Origin: Magnetospirillaceae bacterium
Lineage (GTDB): Bacteria; Pseudomonadota; Alphaproteobacteria; Rhodospirillales; Magnetospirillaceae
DNA: 64,000 nucleotides
Direction of reading: 5' to 3'
Assembly: GCA_041685145.1 (NCBI GenBank)
Contig: JAWLGJ010000007.1
Span: forward strand, 3,513-67,512
Shown piece by piece: positions 1-9,050 of the stretch. The position numbers and the translations under genes were made by a program. Positions within the stretch are counted from its first letter, which is position 1, and every line of letters starts with the position of its first letter. Below the pieces are notes generated by a model. It did no database searches and was not told the origin of the DNA. It was given only the letters and a program-made list of their open reading frames with translations.

Positions 1-600
1 GCCGACCCCTTCGCTGCGCCGCACGCGCAGTATTGCCTGATCGAGCTGGCCTCGGCGCGGCCCGACGGCGGCCTTCGCGACGTGCTGGAGGATGCGCTTT
101 CCGCCGCCATTGCCGAGGGCGCGGTCTCCGACGCCGTCATCGCCGCCAGCCTGGAGCAGCGCGCCGGCCTGTGGCGCATCCGCGAGGCGCTGCCCGAAGC
201 CCAGAAGCACGAGGGCGGCAGCATCAAGCACGACGTCTCGGTGCCGGTGGCCGCCGTCCCCGACTTCATCCGCGCAGCCACCGCGGCGGTCACGGCGGCG
301 ATGCCCGGCATACGGCCGGTGCCCTTCGGGCATGTCGGCGACGGCAACATCCACTTCAATCTCAGCCAGCCGCCGGCGATGGACCGCGCCGCTTTCCTGG
401 CCGAGTGGGAGCGCATGAACCGCATCGTTCACGACATCGTCGCGGCGATGGACGGCAGCATCAGCGCCGAGCACGGCATCGGCCGCCTGAAGCGCGCCGA
501 ACTGGCCCACTACGGCGACCCGGTGGCGCTGGACCTGATGCGGCGCCTGAAAGCCGCCCTGGACCCCCAGGGCATCATGAACCCCGGCAAGATCGTCTGA
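1..600 (+). CDS. FAD-linked oxidase / D-2-hydroxyacid dehydrogenase family protein, C-terminal part (5' end outside window)
   Basis: Frame 1 is open from base 1 to TGA 598-600. Tail GHVGDGNIHFN...SISAEHGIGRLK...LDPQGIMNPGKIV matches the FAD-oxidase C-terminal domain pattern. Confidence 0.85.
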   Translation, partial: ADPFAAPHAQYCLIELASARPDGGLRDVLEDALSAAIAEGAVSDAVIAASLEQRAGLWRIREALPEAQKHEGGSIKHDVSVPVAAVPDFIRAATAAVTAAMPGIRPVPFGHVGDGNIHFNLSQPPAMDRAAFLAEWERMNRIVHDIVAAMDGSISAEHGIGRLKRAELAHYGDPVALDLMRRLKAALDPQGIMNPGKIV

Positions 601-616
601 CCCGCCAGGAGGCCCC

Positions 617-2347
617 ATGCCCGTCTTCGAGCCCCCGACCCGCGACATGCTGTTCACCCTGCGCCGCATCGGCGGCCTCGACGAGGTGGCGGCGCTGCCC
701 GGCCACGAGGAGCACGGCGAGGAACTGGTGGCGGCGGTGCTGGAGGAGGCGGGGCGCCTGGCGCGCGAGGTGCTGGCGCCGCTCAACCCCAGCGGCGACC
801 GTCAGGGCGCGCGCATGGCGGCGGACGGCGTGGCCATGCCCGACGGCTTCGCCGCCGCCTATCGCCGCTTCGCCGAGGGCGGCTGGATGTCGCTGCCCTT
901 CGATCCCGGCCACGGCGGCCAAGGCCTGCCCTGGCTGGTGTCCACCGCCGTCTCCGAACTGTGGCACGCCGCCAACATGTCCTTCGCGCTGGTGCCCATG
1001 CTCACCCAGCCGGCCATCGAGCTGATCGCCCGCTACGGCAGCGCCGAGCAGCAGGCGCGCTATCTGCCGCAACTGATCGCCGGCACCTGGACGGCGACGA
1101 TGGAGATGACCGAGCCGCAGGCGGGCTCCGATCTCGGCCTCATCCGCGCCCGCGCCGAACCGGCCGCCGACGGCACCTGGCGGCTGAAGGGCCAGAAGAT
1201 CTTCATCACCAACGGCGACCACGACCTGACCGAGAACATCCTGCATGTCGTCCTGGCGCGCACGCCGGACGCGCCGGAGGGCACGCGCGGGCTGTCGCTG
1301 TTCCTGGCGCCCAAGATCCTGCCCGACGGCCGCCGCAACGACCTGCACGCCGTGCGACTGGAGGAGAAGCTGGGCATCCACGCCAGCCCCACCTGCGTCA
1401 TGGCCTATGGCGACGGGGACGGCTGCGTCGCCGAGATGGTGGGCGAGCGCCATCGCGGCCTTGCCCACATGTTCACGATGATGAACCACGCCCGCCTCAG
1501 CGTCGGCCTGCAAGGCGTGGCGGTGGCCGAACGCGCGCGCCAGCGGGCGCTGGCCTATGCGCGGGAGCGCCGCCAGGGGCGCGGGGCGGAGGGCCACGGG
1601 CCGGTGCCCATCGTCGAGCACGCCGACGTGCGGCGGATGCTGGCGACCCAGACGGCGCTGACCGAGGCGGCGCGGGGCCTCGTCTACCACACCGCCGCGC
1701 TGCTGGACCGCGCCGACCGCCACCCCGACGCGACGGCGCGCGCCGAGGCGGCCCGCGATCTCGCCCTGCTGACGCCGGTGGCCAAGGCCTGGGCCAGCGA
1801 GGCGGGCATCGCCGTCGCCGATTTGGGGGTGCAGGTGCATGGCGGCATGGGCTTTATCGAGGAGACCGGCGCCGCCCAGCATCTGCGCGACGCCCGCATC
1901 ACCGCCATCTACGAGGGCACCAACGGCATCCAGGCCCACGACCTGGTGGCCCGCAAGGTGCTGGCGGACGACGGCGCCGGAGCGGCGGCGCTGGCGGCGC
2001 GCCTGCGCGACACCGCCGCCGCCGTCGAGGCGTCGCCGCCGCTGACGGCGCTGGCGGCGCCCTTCGCCCGCGCCGTCGCCGCCCTGGAGGATGCCACCGC
2101 CTGGCTGCTGGCCACCGGCGCCGGCGAGGACGCGGGCGCCGCCGCCATGTCCTATCTGCGGCTGATGGGCCTGACGGCGGGGGCGTGGTGCCTGCTGCGC
2201 GAGGCCCTGGCCGACGACGCCCCGGCGGGCAAGGCCGAGACGGCGGGCTTCTACGTCCGGCACCTACTGCCGCGGGCGGCGGCGCTGGCGGAAACGGTGA
2301 CGGCGGGCGCCAGCCACCTCGCCACCGCCGCGCCGGGCGCGCCTTAG
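617..2347 (+). CDS. long-type acyl-CoA dehydrogenase (576 aa, DmdC/AcdA-like with extra C-terminal domain)
   Basis: AGGAGG at 607-612 precedes ATG 617. Motifs TEPQAGSDLG, KIFITNGDHD, HGGMGFIEETG, IYEGTNGIQ. Confidence 0.9.
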   Translation: MPVFEPPTRDMLFTLRRIGGLDEVAALPGHEEHGEELVAAVLEEAGRLAREVLAPLNPSGDRQGARMAADGVAMPDGFAAAYRRFAEGGWMSLPFDPGHGGQGLPWLVSTAVSELWHAANMSFALVPMLTQPAIELIARYGSAEQQARYLPQLIAGTWTATMEMTEPQAGSDLGLIRARAEPAADGTWRLKGQKIFITNGDHDLTENILHVVLARTPDAPEGTRGLSLFLAPKILPDGRRNDLHAVRLEEKLGIHASPTCVMAYGDGDGCVAEMVGERHRGLAHMFTMMNHARLSVGLQGVAVAERARQRALAYARERRQGRGAEGHGPVPIVEHADVRRMLATQTALTEAARGLVYHTAALLDRADRHPDATARAEAARDLALLTPVAKAWASEAGIAVADLGVQVHGGMGFIEETGAAQHLRDARITAIYEGTNGIQAHDLVARKVLADDGAGAAALAARLRDTAAAVEASPPLTALAAPFARAVAALEDATAWLLATGAGEDAGAAAMSYLRLMGLTAGAWCLLREALADDAPAGKAETAGFYVRHLLPRAAALAETVTAGASHLATAAPGAP

Positions 2348-2401
2348 CGCAACCTTCTGTCTTTTCTTTGATTTCGGCTGTTCGGCGGCGGAACCGGCGA
2401 C

Positions 2402-2407
2402 TATAAT
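2402..2407 (+). promoter_or_regulatory. candidate -10 hexamer (perfect TATAAT) 8 nt upstream of the lptF ATG
   Basis: TATAAT at 2402-2407. No convincing -35, and no Shine-Dalgarno in the 8 nt (ccggcgcc) before ATG 2416. Confidence 0.3.
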
Positions 2408-2415
2408 CCGGCGCC

Positions 2416-3537
2416 ATGCTCGCCCTCTCGCGCTACATCTTCCGCCAGCTTGCGATCGGGATGGTCTTTGTCGCGGCGGGCCTGGCCTGTGCGCTGTGGC
2501 TGTCGCAGTCACTGCGCTATCTCGACCTGATCGTCGACAAGGGGCTGTCGCTGCTGGCCTTCCTGCGCCTGACGGCGCTGCTGTTGCCCAATGTCTTCGT
2601 CTTCATCCTGCCCATCTCGCTGTTCGCGGTGGTGCTGTTCACCTACAACAAGCTGGCGACGGACCGCGAACTGGTGGTGATGCGGGCGGCGGGGCTGAGC
2701 GATCTGCAACTGGCGCGGCCGACGCTGGTGCTGGCGCTGATCTTCACCGCCGTCGGCTATCTGCTCACGACCTGGGTGACGCCCGAATCGGCCCGGAGCT
2801 TTCGCGAGATGCGCTGGGAAAGCTACAACGAGTTCTCGGGGCTGATCGTGCGCGAGGGGGTTTTCAACGAGGTGGCGCAGGGGCTGACGGTCTATGTCGG
2901 CGAACGCGAAAGCCACGGCACCGTGCACAGCATCCTGGTGCACGACAAGCGCGATCGCCAGCAGCCGGTCACCATGTGGGCGCAAAGCGGCCGTATCGTC
3001 GAAGGGCCGGCGGGGCCGCGGGTGGTCATGGAGAACGGCACCCGCCAGGAGGTGACGCGCGGCACCGGCGACCTGTCCATCCTGGAATTCGACCGCTACA
3101 CGCTTGATCTGGTGTCGCCGCGCACCGCCAGCGGCCTCGGCCGCGGCAAGCCGCGCGAATGGACGATGCGCGACCTGATGCGGGCCGACCGCGCCACGCT
3201 CGATCACGAGCGTTTCGTCGACGCCAAGACCGAACTGCACCAGCGCCTGAGCCTGCCGCTCTACAACCTGGCGATGGCGCTGATCGCGCTGGCCTGCCTG
3301 TTCTCGGGCGAGTTCAGCCGCCGGGGCCAGACCGGGCGAATGCTGCTGGCCGTGGTGCTGGGAGTGGCCGCCCTGGGCGCGGCGCTGGGAACCAACAGCC
3401 TGACGCTGGATTCGCTGGCGCGCTGGCCGGTGATGTACCTCGCCCCCCTCGGTTTCATCATCGCCTCGCTGATGGTGCTGGCGGCGGAGGCGCGGCGGCC
3501 CTGGTGGGGCCGGCACGCCGTGCCGGGGGCAGGCTGA
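2416..3537 (+). CDS. lptF: LPS export ABC permease, LptF/LptG family (LptF-like by eye)
   Basis: N-terminal LSRYIFRQL, ILPISLF...DRELVVMRAAGLS pattern and multiple hydrophobic segments. Stop TGA 3535-3537 shares a base with the lptD ATG. Confidence 0.85.
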   Translation: MLALSRYIFRQLAIGMVFVAAGLACALWLSQSLRYLDLIVDKGLSLLAFLRLTALLLPNVFVFILPISLFAVVLFTYNKLATDRELVVMRAAGLSDLQLARPTLVLALIFTAVGYLLTTWVTPESARSFREMRWESYNEFSGLIVREGVFNEVAQGLTVYVGERESHGTVHSILVHDKRDRQQPVTMWAQSGRIVEGPAGPRVVMENGTRQEVTRGTGDLSILEFDRYTLDLVSPRTASGLGRGKPREWTMRDLMRADRATLDHERFVDAKTELHQRLSLPLYNLAMALIALACLFSGEFSRRGQTGRMLLAVVLGVAALGAALGTNSLTLDSLARWPVMYLAPLGFIIASLMVLAAEARRPWWGRHAVPGAG

Positions 3538-5732
3538 TGGCGGCGGCGCGCAAGGCGGCGGCGGCCGTGGCGGCGGGCCTGCTGGCACTGGCGGCGGCAA
3601 TGCCGGCGCAGGCCCAGGAGGAGGAGGGCACTGCCGTCACCGCGCCCAGCACCGACCGTCCGGCGCTGTTGCAGGCGGAGGAAATCGTCCACGACCGCGT
3701 CGCCGACGTGGTGACGGCCCGTGGCCGCGTCGAGGTCAGCCAGGACGGCCGCGTGCTGCTGGCCGACCGCCTGACCTACCGGCTGCGCGAGGGCGAGATC
3801 GTTGCCAGCGGCCATGTGGCCCTGGTGGAGCCGACGGGCGAGGTGTTCTTCGCCGACGAGATCACCCTCAGCGACGACATGCGCCGCGGCGTCGCCAGCC
3901 GCATCGGCGTGCTGCTGGAGGACAACGCCCGCATCGCCGCCGCCCGCGGCGAGCGTCTGGGCGACGTCACCCGCCTCGACCGCGCCGTCTATTCGCCCTG
4001 CGACGTGTGCGCCGACGACGAGCGGCCGCTGTGGCGAATCAAGGCGCTGGAGGTGGTGCACGACCGCGAGCGCCACAACATCTATTACCACAACGCCTGG
4101 CTGGAGGTGCTGGGGATCCCGGTGGCCTATACCCCCTGGTTCAGCCACCCCGACCCCACAATCGAGCGCCGCAGCGGCGTGCTGGCGCCGGCCTTCGGCC
4201 GCGGCACCGACCTCGGCAGCAGCGTGCAGGTTCCCTATTACCATGTGCTGTCGCCGCAGGAAGACGTCACCCTGACGCCGATGGCCACCAGCCGCGAGGG
4301 GCTGGTGATGATCGGCGAACACCGGCGTCGCTTCGGCAACGGCCTGACGGTCAGCCAGGGCAGCATCACGCGCGATTCCGACGACGACGTGCGCTGGCAC
4401 ATCGACGCCGAGGGCGAATTCCATCTCGACGATGTCTGGTTCGCCGGCTACGAGGCCGAACGCGCCAGCGACGACACCTATCTGCGCCGCTACGGCTTCC
4501 ATTCCGACCGTTCCTGGGTGGGCGGCCAGGGGGCGGGCGCCGTCGGCCAGGGGCCGGTGGGTTTCCACGGTGACCGGTCGTGGCTGACCACGCACCCCTA
4601 TCTGGTGGGGCTGACGCGGCGCAGCTACGTCTCGGTCGAGGGCTTCGCGCTGCAAAGCCTGCGCCAGGAGATCGACAACGACACCCTGCCGCTGGTCCTG
4701 CCCTGGGCGCAGTACAGCCACGTCACCGAGCGCGACCGGCTGGGCGGGCGCTGGCTGATCGACGCCAGCGCCCTGGCGCTGACGCGCATCGAAGGCACCG
4801 ACACCCAGCGCCTGTCGGCGCGGGTGGGGTGGGAACGGCCGATGGCCCTGGCCTCGGGGCAGCTTCTCACCCCCACCCTGTCGCTGCGCGGCGACGGCTA
4901 TCGGCTGAACGACCTGACCGGCCCCCAGGATTCCGACGTGACCGGCCGCATCGTTCCCGAGGCGGCGCTGGAATGGCGCTACCCCTTCGTCTCGTCGGCC
5001 GGCGGATTGCAGCATGTCGTCGAGCCGATCGTGCTGGCCGCCGCCACCCTGAGCGACGTCAACCCCGGCGCCATTCCCAACGAGGACAGCCTCGACCTGG
5101 CGCTGGACGCCTCCAACCTGTTCAGCGTCGACCGCTTTACCGGCCTCGACCGGGTCGAGGAGGGAACGCGCATCAATTACGGGCTGTCCTACAGCCTCGG
5201 CGGCAAGGACTTCCACGCCAGCGCCCTGGTGGGGCAGGTGTACCGCTTCGAGGAATCAACCTTGTACCCGCAGGGCAGCGGACTGGAAGACCGTTTTTCC
5301 GATGTCGTCGGCCAGTTCACCGCCGGCATCGGCCGCCACCTCGACCTCAATTATCGCGTCCGGCTGGACAATGACGACATGTCCATGCGCTTCAGCGACC
5401 TGGGCGCCGGCATCAGCGTGGACCCGGTGCGCTTCAACCTCGACTACATCTATGTCGACGAGATGCGGCAGGGCGGCCTGGAGGAGCGGCAGGAACTTTA
5501 CGCCGAGGCCAGCGTCGCGGTTAGCCCGCGCTGGACCGTCACCGCCTTCTCGCGCTATGACCTGGACAACGGCAGTCCGCTTGTCACCGGGGCGGCGTTG
5601 GGGTACGAGGACGAGTGCTTCGCCATCCTCGCGACGTGGGAGAACAACCGCACGCAGGACCGCGATTTCAGCGCCGGCCAGAGCTTCGGCGTGCGCTTCG
5701 TGTTCAAGACACTGGGCGCGGTGGGCCTTTAG
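3537..5732 (+). CDS. lptD: LPS-assembly outer membrane protein LptD
   Basis: ATG 3537 overlaps the lptF stop. Signal peptide MAAARKAAAAVAAGLLALAAAMPAQAQ. Large OstA/LptD-like beta-barrel protein ending FGVRFVFKTLG. The 126 upstream in-frame codons of track ORF 3159 lie inside lptF and are discounted. Confidence 0.9.
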   Translation: MAAARKAAAAVAAGLLALAAAMPAQAQEEEGTAVTAPSTDRPALLQAEEIVHDRVADVVTARGRVEVSQDGRVLLADRLTYRLREGEIVASGHVALVEPTGEVFFADEITLSDDMRRGVASRIGVLLEDNARIAAARGERLGDVTRLDRAVYSPCDVCADDERPLWRIKALEVVHDRERHNIYYHNAWLEVLGIPVAYTPWFSHPDPTIERRSGVLAPAFGRGTDLGSSVQVPYYHVLSPQEDVTLTPMATSREGLVMIGEHRRRFGNGLTVSQGSITRDSDDDVRWHIDAEGEFHLDDVWFAGYEAERASDDTYLRRYGFHSDRSWVGGQGAGAVGQGPVGFHGDRSWLTTHPYLVGLTRRSYVSVEGFALQSLRQEIDNDTLPLVLPWAQYSHVTERDRLGGRWLIDASALALTRIEGTDTQRLSARVGWERPMALASGQLLTPTLSLRGDGYRLNDLTGPQDSDVTGRIVPEAALEWRYPFVSSAGGLQHVVEPIVLAAATLSDVNPGAIPNEDSLDLALDASNLFSVDRFTGLDRVEEGTRINYGLSYSLGGKDFHASALVGQVYRFEESTLYPQGSGLEDRFSDVVGQFTAGIGRHLDLNYRVRLDNDDMSMRFSDLGAGISVDPVRFNLDYIYVDEMRQGGLEERQELYAEASVAVSPRWTVTAFSRYDLDNGSPLVTGAALGYEDECFAILATWENNRTQDRDFSAGQSFGVRFVFKTLGAVGL

Positions 5733-5765
5733 CGCCGCGCCGACAGACACAGGGACGGCATCGCC

Positions 5766-6752
5766 ATGACGGCATCACGCTCGGACACCAATCGGCCCCT
5801 GCTTGGCCTGCTGGCGGCGCTGCTGTGCCTAGGCATGGTCGCGGCGACGACGCCGGCGGCGGCCGAGGACGGCGAGCCGGGGCGCGAACTCGCCCGCATC
5901 GCCGCCGTGGTCAACGACGACATCATCACCTTCCACGATCTGGAGATGCGGCTGCGCATCATGCTGATGTCCTCGGGCCTTGAGGACACCCCCGAGGTGC
6001 GCCGCAGCCTCGGCCCCCGGCTGCTGCGGGAACTCATCGACGAGCGGCTGCAACTCCAGGAGGCCCGCCGGCTCGACATCGAGGTGCCCGAATCCGACAT
6101 CGACCGCGGCGTCGCCCAGATCGAGAAGAACAACCGCCTGCCCGCCGGGCGGCTGGAGCAGGTGCTGGCCAGCCAGGGCGTCGACATCGCCGCCCTGCGC
6201 CAGCAGGTGCGGGCGGAAATCGCCTGGAGCCGCGCGGTGCAGGCCCGGCTGATGTCCCGCGTCATCGTAACCGCCGAGGAGGTGCAGGAGCGCCTGGCCA
6301 TGCTCAAGAACAGCCAGGGGCGACCGCAATACCTGCTGGCCGAGATCCTGCTGCCGGTCGAGGATGCCGCCGCCGAGGCCGAGGCGCGGCAGCTCGCCCA
6401 GCACATGATCGCCCGCCTGCGCGACGGCCTGTCCTTCCCCGCCCTGGCCGAGCAGTTCTCCGCCAGCCCCACCGCTGCCGCCGGCGGCGACATGGGCTGG
6501 GTGGCGGAGGCCGCCCTGGACGACCACCTCGTCGAGGCGGTGCAGAAGATGCGCCCAGGCGAGATGACGCTGGTGCGCGAGGAAGGCGCCCTTCGCCTGC
6601 TGGTGCTGCGCGACCGGCGCGTGGTCGGCGAGGACGGCCTGCCGGGCGCCGGGGAGCTGCGCCGTCAGCTTGAGCAGGAGCGGCTGGAACTGGTGGCGCG
6701 CAAGCATCTGCGCAACCTGCGCCGCTCCGCCGCGGTGGACATCCGGCGGTGA
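5766..6752 (+). CDS. surA: periplasmic chaperone / peptidyl-prolyl isomerase SurA
   Basis: Signal-like N-terminus LLGLLAALLCLGMVAATTPAAAED. SurA N-domain pattern IAAVVNDDIIT. Conserved position between lptD and pdxA. Confidence 0.85.
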   Translation: MTASRSDTNRPLLGLLAALLCLGMVAATTPAAAEDGEPGRELARIAAVVNDDIITFHDLEMRLRIMLMSSGLEDTPEVRRSLGPRLLRELIDERLQLQEARRLDIEVPESDIDRGVAQIEKNNRLPAGRLEQVLASQGVDIAALRQQVRAEIAWSRAVQARLMSRVIVTAEEVQERLAMLKNSQGRPQYLLAEILLPVEDAAAEAEARQLAQHMIARLRDGLSFPALAEQFSASPTAAAGGDMGWVAEAALDDHLVEAVQKMRPGEMTLVREEGALRLLVLRDRRVVGEDGLPGAGELRRQLEQERLELVARKHLRNLRRSAAVDIRR

Positions 6753-7768
6753 GCCCGGCCGGCCCCGGCCGGCCGCCCCTTGCCCTGACGATGGGCGAGC
6801 CGGCCGGCATCGGCGCCGAGATCGCCTTGAAGGCGTGGCTCCACCATCGCCACATGCTGCCGCCCTTCGTGCTCATCGACGACCCCGTCCGCCTGTGCGC
6901 CCTGGCCCGACGCCTGGGCTGGCAGGTGCCGGTGGCCGAAATCACGGCCCCCGAGGACGCCCCCGGCGCCTTCGCCGCCGCCTTGCCGGTGCTGGCCGAA
7001 CCGCTGCCCGCGCCGGTGGAACCGGGGCGGTGCGAGGCCGCCAACGAAGCCGCCGTCCGCCGCGCCATCGAGCGGGCCGTGGCCCTGACGCTGGACGGGC
7101 GGGCGGCGGCGGTGGTGACCAACCCCATCCACAAGCAGGCGATGGCGGCGGCGGGCTTCGCGTTTCCGGGCCACACCGAGTTTCTGGGCCACCTTGCCGG
7201 CGGCAAGGCGCGGCCGGTGATGATGTTGGCCTGTCCCGGCCTGCGGGTGGTGCCGGTGACGGTTCACCTGGCGCTGGGCGAGGCGATCCGGGCGCTGTCC
7301 GCCGAGGCCATCATCGCCTGCGGACGCATCACGGCGGCGGCGCTGGCGTGCGACTTCGGCATCCGGGCGCCGCGGCTGGCGGTGGCGGCGCTGAACCCGC
7401 ACGCCGGCGAGGGCGGCGTCATGGGAGGCGAGGAACAGGCGATCATCGCCCCGGCGGTGGCCGCCCTGCAGGCGGAGGGCATCGACGCCGTCGGCCCGGC
7501 GCCGGCCGACACCCTGTTCCACGAGGCCGCCCGCCGCCACTACGACGCCGCCTTGTGCATGTATCACGATCAGGCGTTGATCCCGCTGAAGACCATCGAC
7601 TTCGCCAACGGCGTCAACATCACCCTGGGGCTGCCCTTCGTGCGCACCTCGCCCGACCACGGCACCGCCCTCGACATCGCCGGCACCGGCGCCGCCGACG
7701 AGCGCAGCCTGGTGGCGGCGCTGACGATGGCGGCCGACATGGCGGCGAGCCGGGCGGCGCATGGCTGA
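6749..7768 (+). CDS. pdxA: 4-hydroxythreonine-4-phosphate dehydrogenase
   Basis: GTG 6749 overlaps the surA TGA (GTGA). Motifs GHTEFLG, NPHAGEGG, RTSPDHGTA. Confidence 0.92.
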   Translation: MSPAGPGRPPLALTMGEPAGIGAEIALKAWLHHRHMLPPFVLIDDPVRLCALARRLGWQVPVAEITAPEDAPGAFAAALPVLAEPLPAPVEPGRCEAANEAAVRRAIERAVALTLDGRAAAVVTNPIHKQAMAAAGFAFPGHTEFLGHLAGGKARPVMMLACPGLRVVPVTVHLALGEAIRALSAEAIIACGRITAAALACDFGIRAPRLAVAALNPHAGEGGVMGGEEQAIIAPAVAALQAEGIDAVGPAPADTLFHEAARRHYDAALCMYHDQALIPLKTIDFANGVNITLGLPFVRTSPDHGTALDIAGTGAADERSLVAALTMAADMAASRAAHG

Positions 7769-8603
7769 GGCCGCGCCTGATCTGCCGCCGCTGCGCGACG
7801 TCATCGCCCGCCACGGCCTGGCGGCGCGCAAGAGCCTGGGCCAGCATTTCCTGCTGGACATGAATTTGACCGGGCGCATCGCCCGCGCCGCCGGGCCGCT
7901 GGACACCGGCACCACCATCGAGATCGGCCCCGGTCCCGGCGGGCTGACCCGGGCGCTGCTGCAGGAGGGCGCCGGCGCGGTGGTCGCGGTGGAACGCGAC
8001 GAGCGCGCGGTGGCGGCGCTGGCGGAACTGGAGGCGGCCTGGCCCGGGCGGCTGCAAGTCCTCCACGCCGACGCCCTGGCCGTCGATGCCGATGCCTTGG
8101 GGCCGCCGCCCCGGCGTATCGTCGCCAACCTGCCCTACAACATCGCCACGCCGCTGCTGTTGCGCTGGCTGCGCCGCATCGATGCCTTCGAAAGCCTGAC
8201 GCTGATGTTCCAGAAGGAGGTCGTCGACCGCCTGGCCGCGGCGCCGGGAAGCGGCGCCTATGGGCGCCTGTCGGTGATAACGCAGTGGCTGTGCCGGGTG
8301 GAGCCGCTGTTCAACATCGACCAGCGCGCCTTCACGCCGCCGCCCCGCGTGGTGTCGACGGTGGTGCGGCTGACGCCGCGCCCGCACCCGCTGTGTGCGG
8401 CGGAATTCGAGGTTCTGGAGCGGGTGACCGCCGCCGCCTTCGGGCAGCGCCGCAAGATGCTGCGCACCAGCCTGAAGCGGCTGGGCGACGCCGAGTCGCT
8501 GCTGGCGGCGGCGGGGATCGCGCCCGACAGCCGCCCCGAGAGCCTGGACGTCAGTGCCTTCTGCGCCCTGGCCCGCGCCGTCGCCACCGCCGACGGCGGT
8601 TGA
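7761..8603 (+). CDS. rsmA: 16S rRNA (adenine1518/1519-N6)-dimethyltransferase
   Basis: ATG 7761 overlaps the pdxA end by 8 nt. Motifs LGQHFL, EIGPGPGGLT, NLPYNI. Confidence 0.93.
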   Translation: MAEAAPDLPPLRDVIARHGLAARKSLGQHFLLDMNLTGRIARAAGPLDTGTTIEIGPGPGGLTRALLQEGAGAVVAVERDERAVAALAELEAAWPGRLQVLHADALAVDADALGPPPRRIVANLPYNIATPLLLRWLRRIDAFESLTLMFQKEVVDRLAAAPGSGAYGRLSVITQWLCRVEPLFNIDQRAFTPPPRVVSTVVRLTPRPHPLCAAEFEVLERVTAAAFGQRRKMLRTSLKRLGDAESLLAAAGIAPDSRPESLDVSAFCALARAVATADGG

Positions 8604-9050
8604 TCAGACGGCCAGTTCCTCTTTCCTGGCCTCGGCGTCTTCGGCGGGCGCCGCGCCGTTGCGGGGCAGCGACAAGGTCTCCTGCGCCGGGGTGGCGTCG
8701 ATGGGGATGCAGCGCCCGTGAATGCGGGCGCCGGCCTCGATGGAGATGACCTTGTGGCGCACGTCGCCCTCGATACGGGCGCTGCGCGTCAGCGTCACCT
8801 CCTCGGCGGTGATCTGGCCGACGACGGTGCCGTGGATGTCGGCGCGCTCGACCTGGACCTCGCCGGTCACCGCGCCGTGCTCACCGACCACCACCGACTG
8901 GCAGCGGATGTTGCCCTCGATGGTGCCGTCCACCTGGATATCGCCGGGGCTGGCGAAATCCCCGTGCACCTTGGAGCCTTCGCTGATGATCGAGGGCGCG
9001 ACGCTGCGCGGCGGCGCCGGCGGCGGTTTGCTGCTACCTTTTGAGAACAT
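8604..9050 (-). CDS. bactofilin (BacA/CcmA-like polymer-forming cytoskeletal protein)
   Basis: Start ATG at 9050 (MFSKGSS). Repetitive beta-helical core GDIQVDGTIEGNIRCQSVVVGEHGAVTGEVQVERADIHGTVVGQITAEEVTLTRSARIEGDV. The 5' end overlaps the M23 gene by 17 nt. Confidence 0.85.
   Translation of the reverse strand: MFSKGSSKPPPAPPRSVAPSIISEGSKVHGDFASPGDIQVDGTIEGNIRCQSVVVGEHGAVTGEVQVERADIHGTVVGQITAEEVTLTRSARIEGDVRHKVISIEAGARIHGRCIPIDATPAQETLSLPRNGAAPAEDAEARKEELAV

Noticed and set aside
3159-3536. 126-codon N-terminal extension of the lptD ORF in the track
   Set aside because: The extension lies entirely inside lptF in another frame and is Arg/Pro/Gly-rich. A signal peptide begins exactly at ATG 3537, which overlaps the lptF stop.
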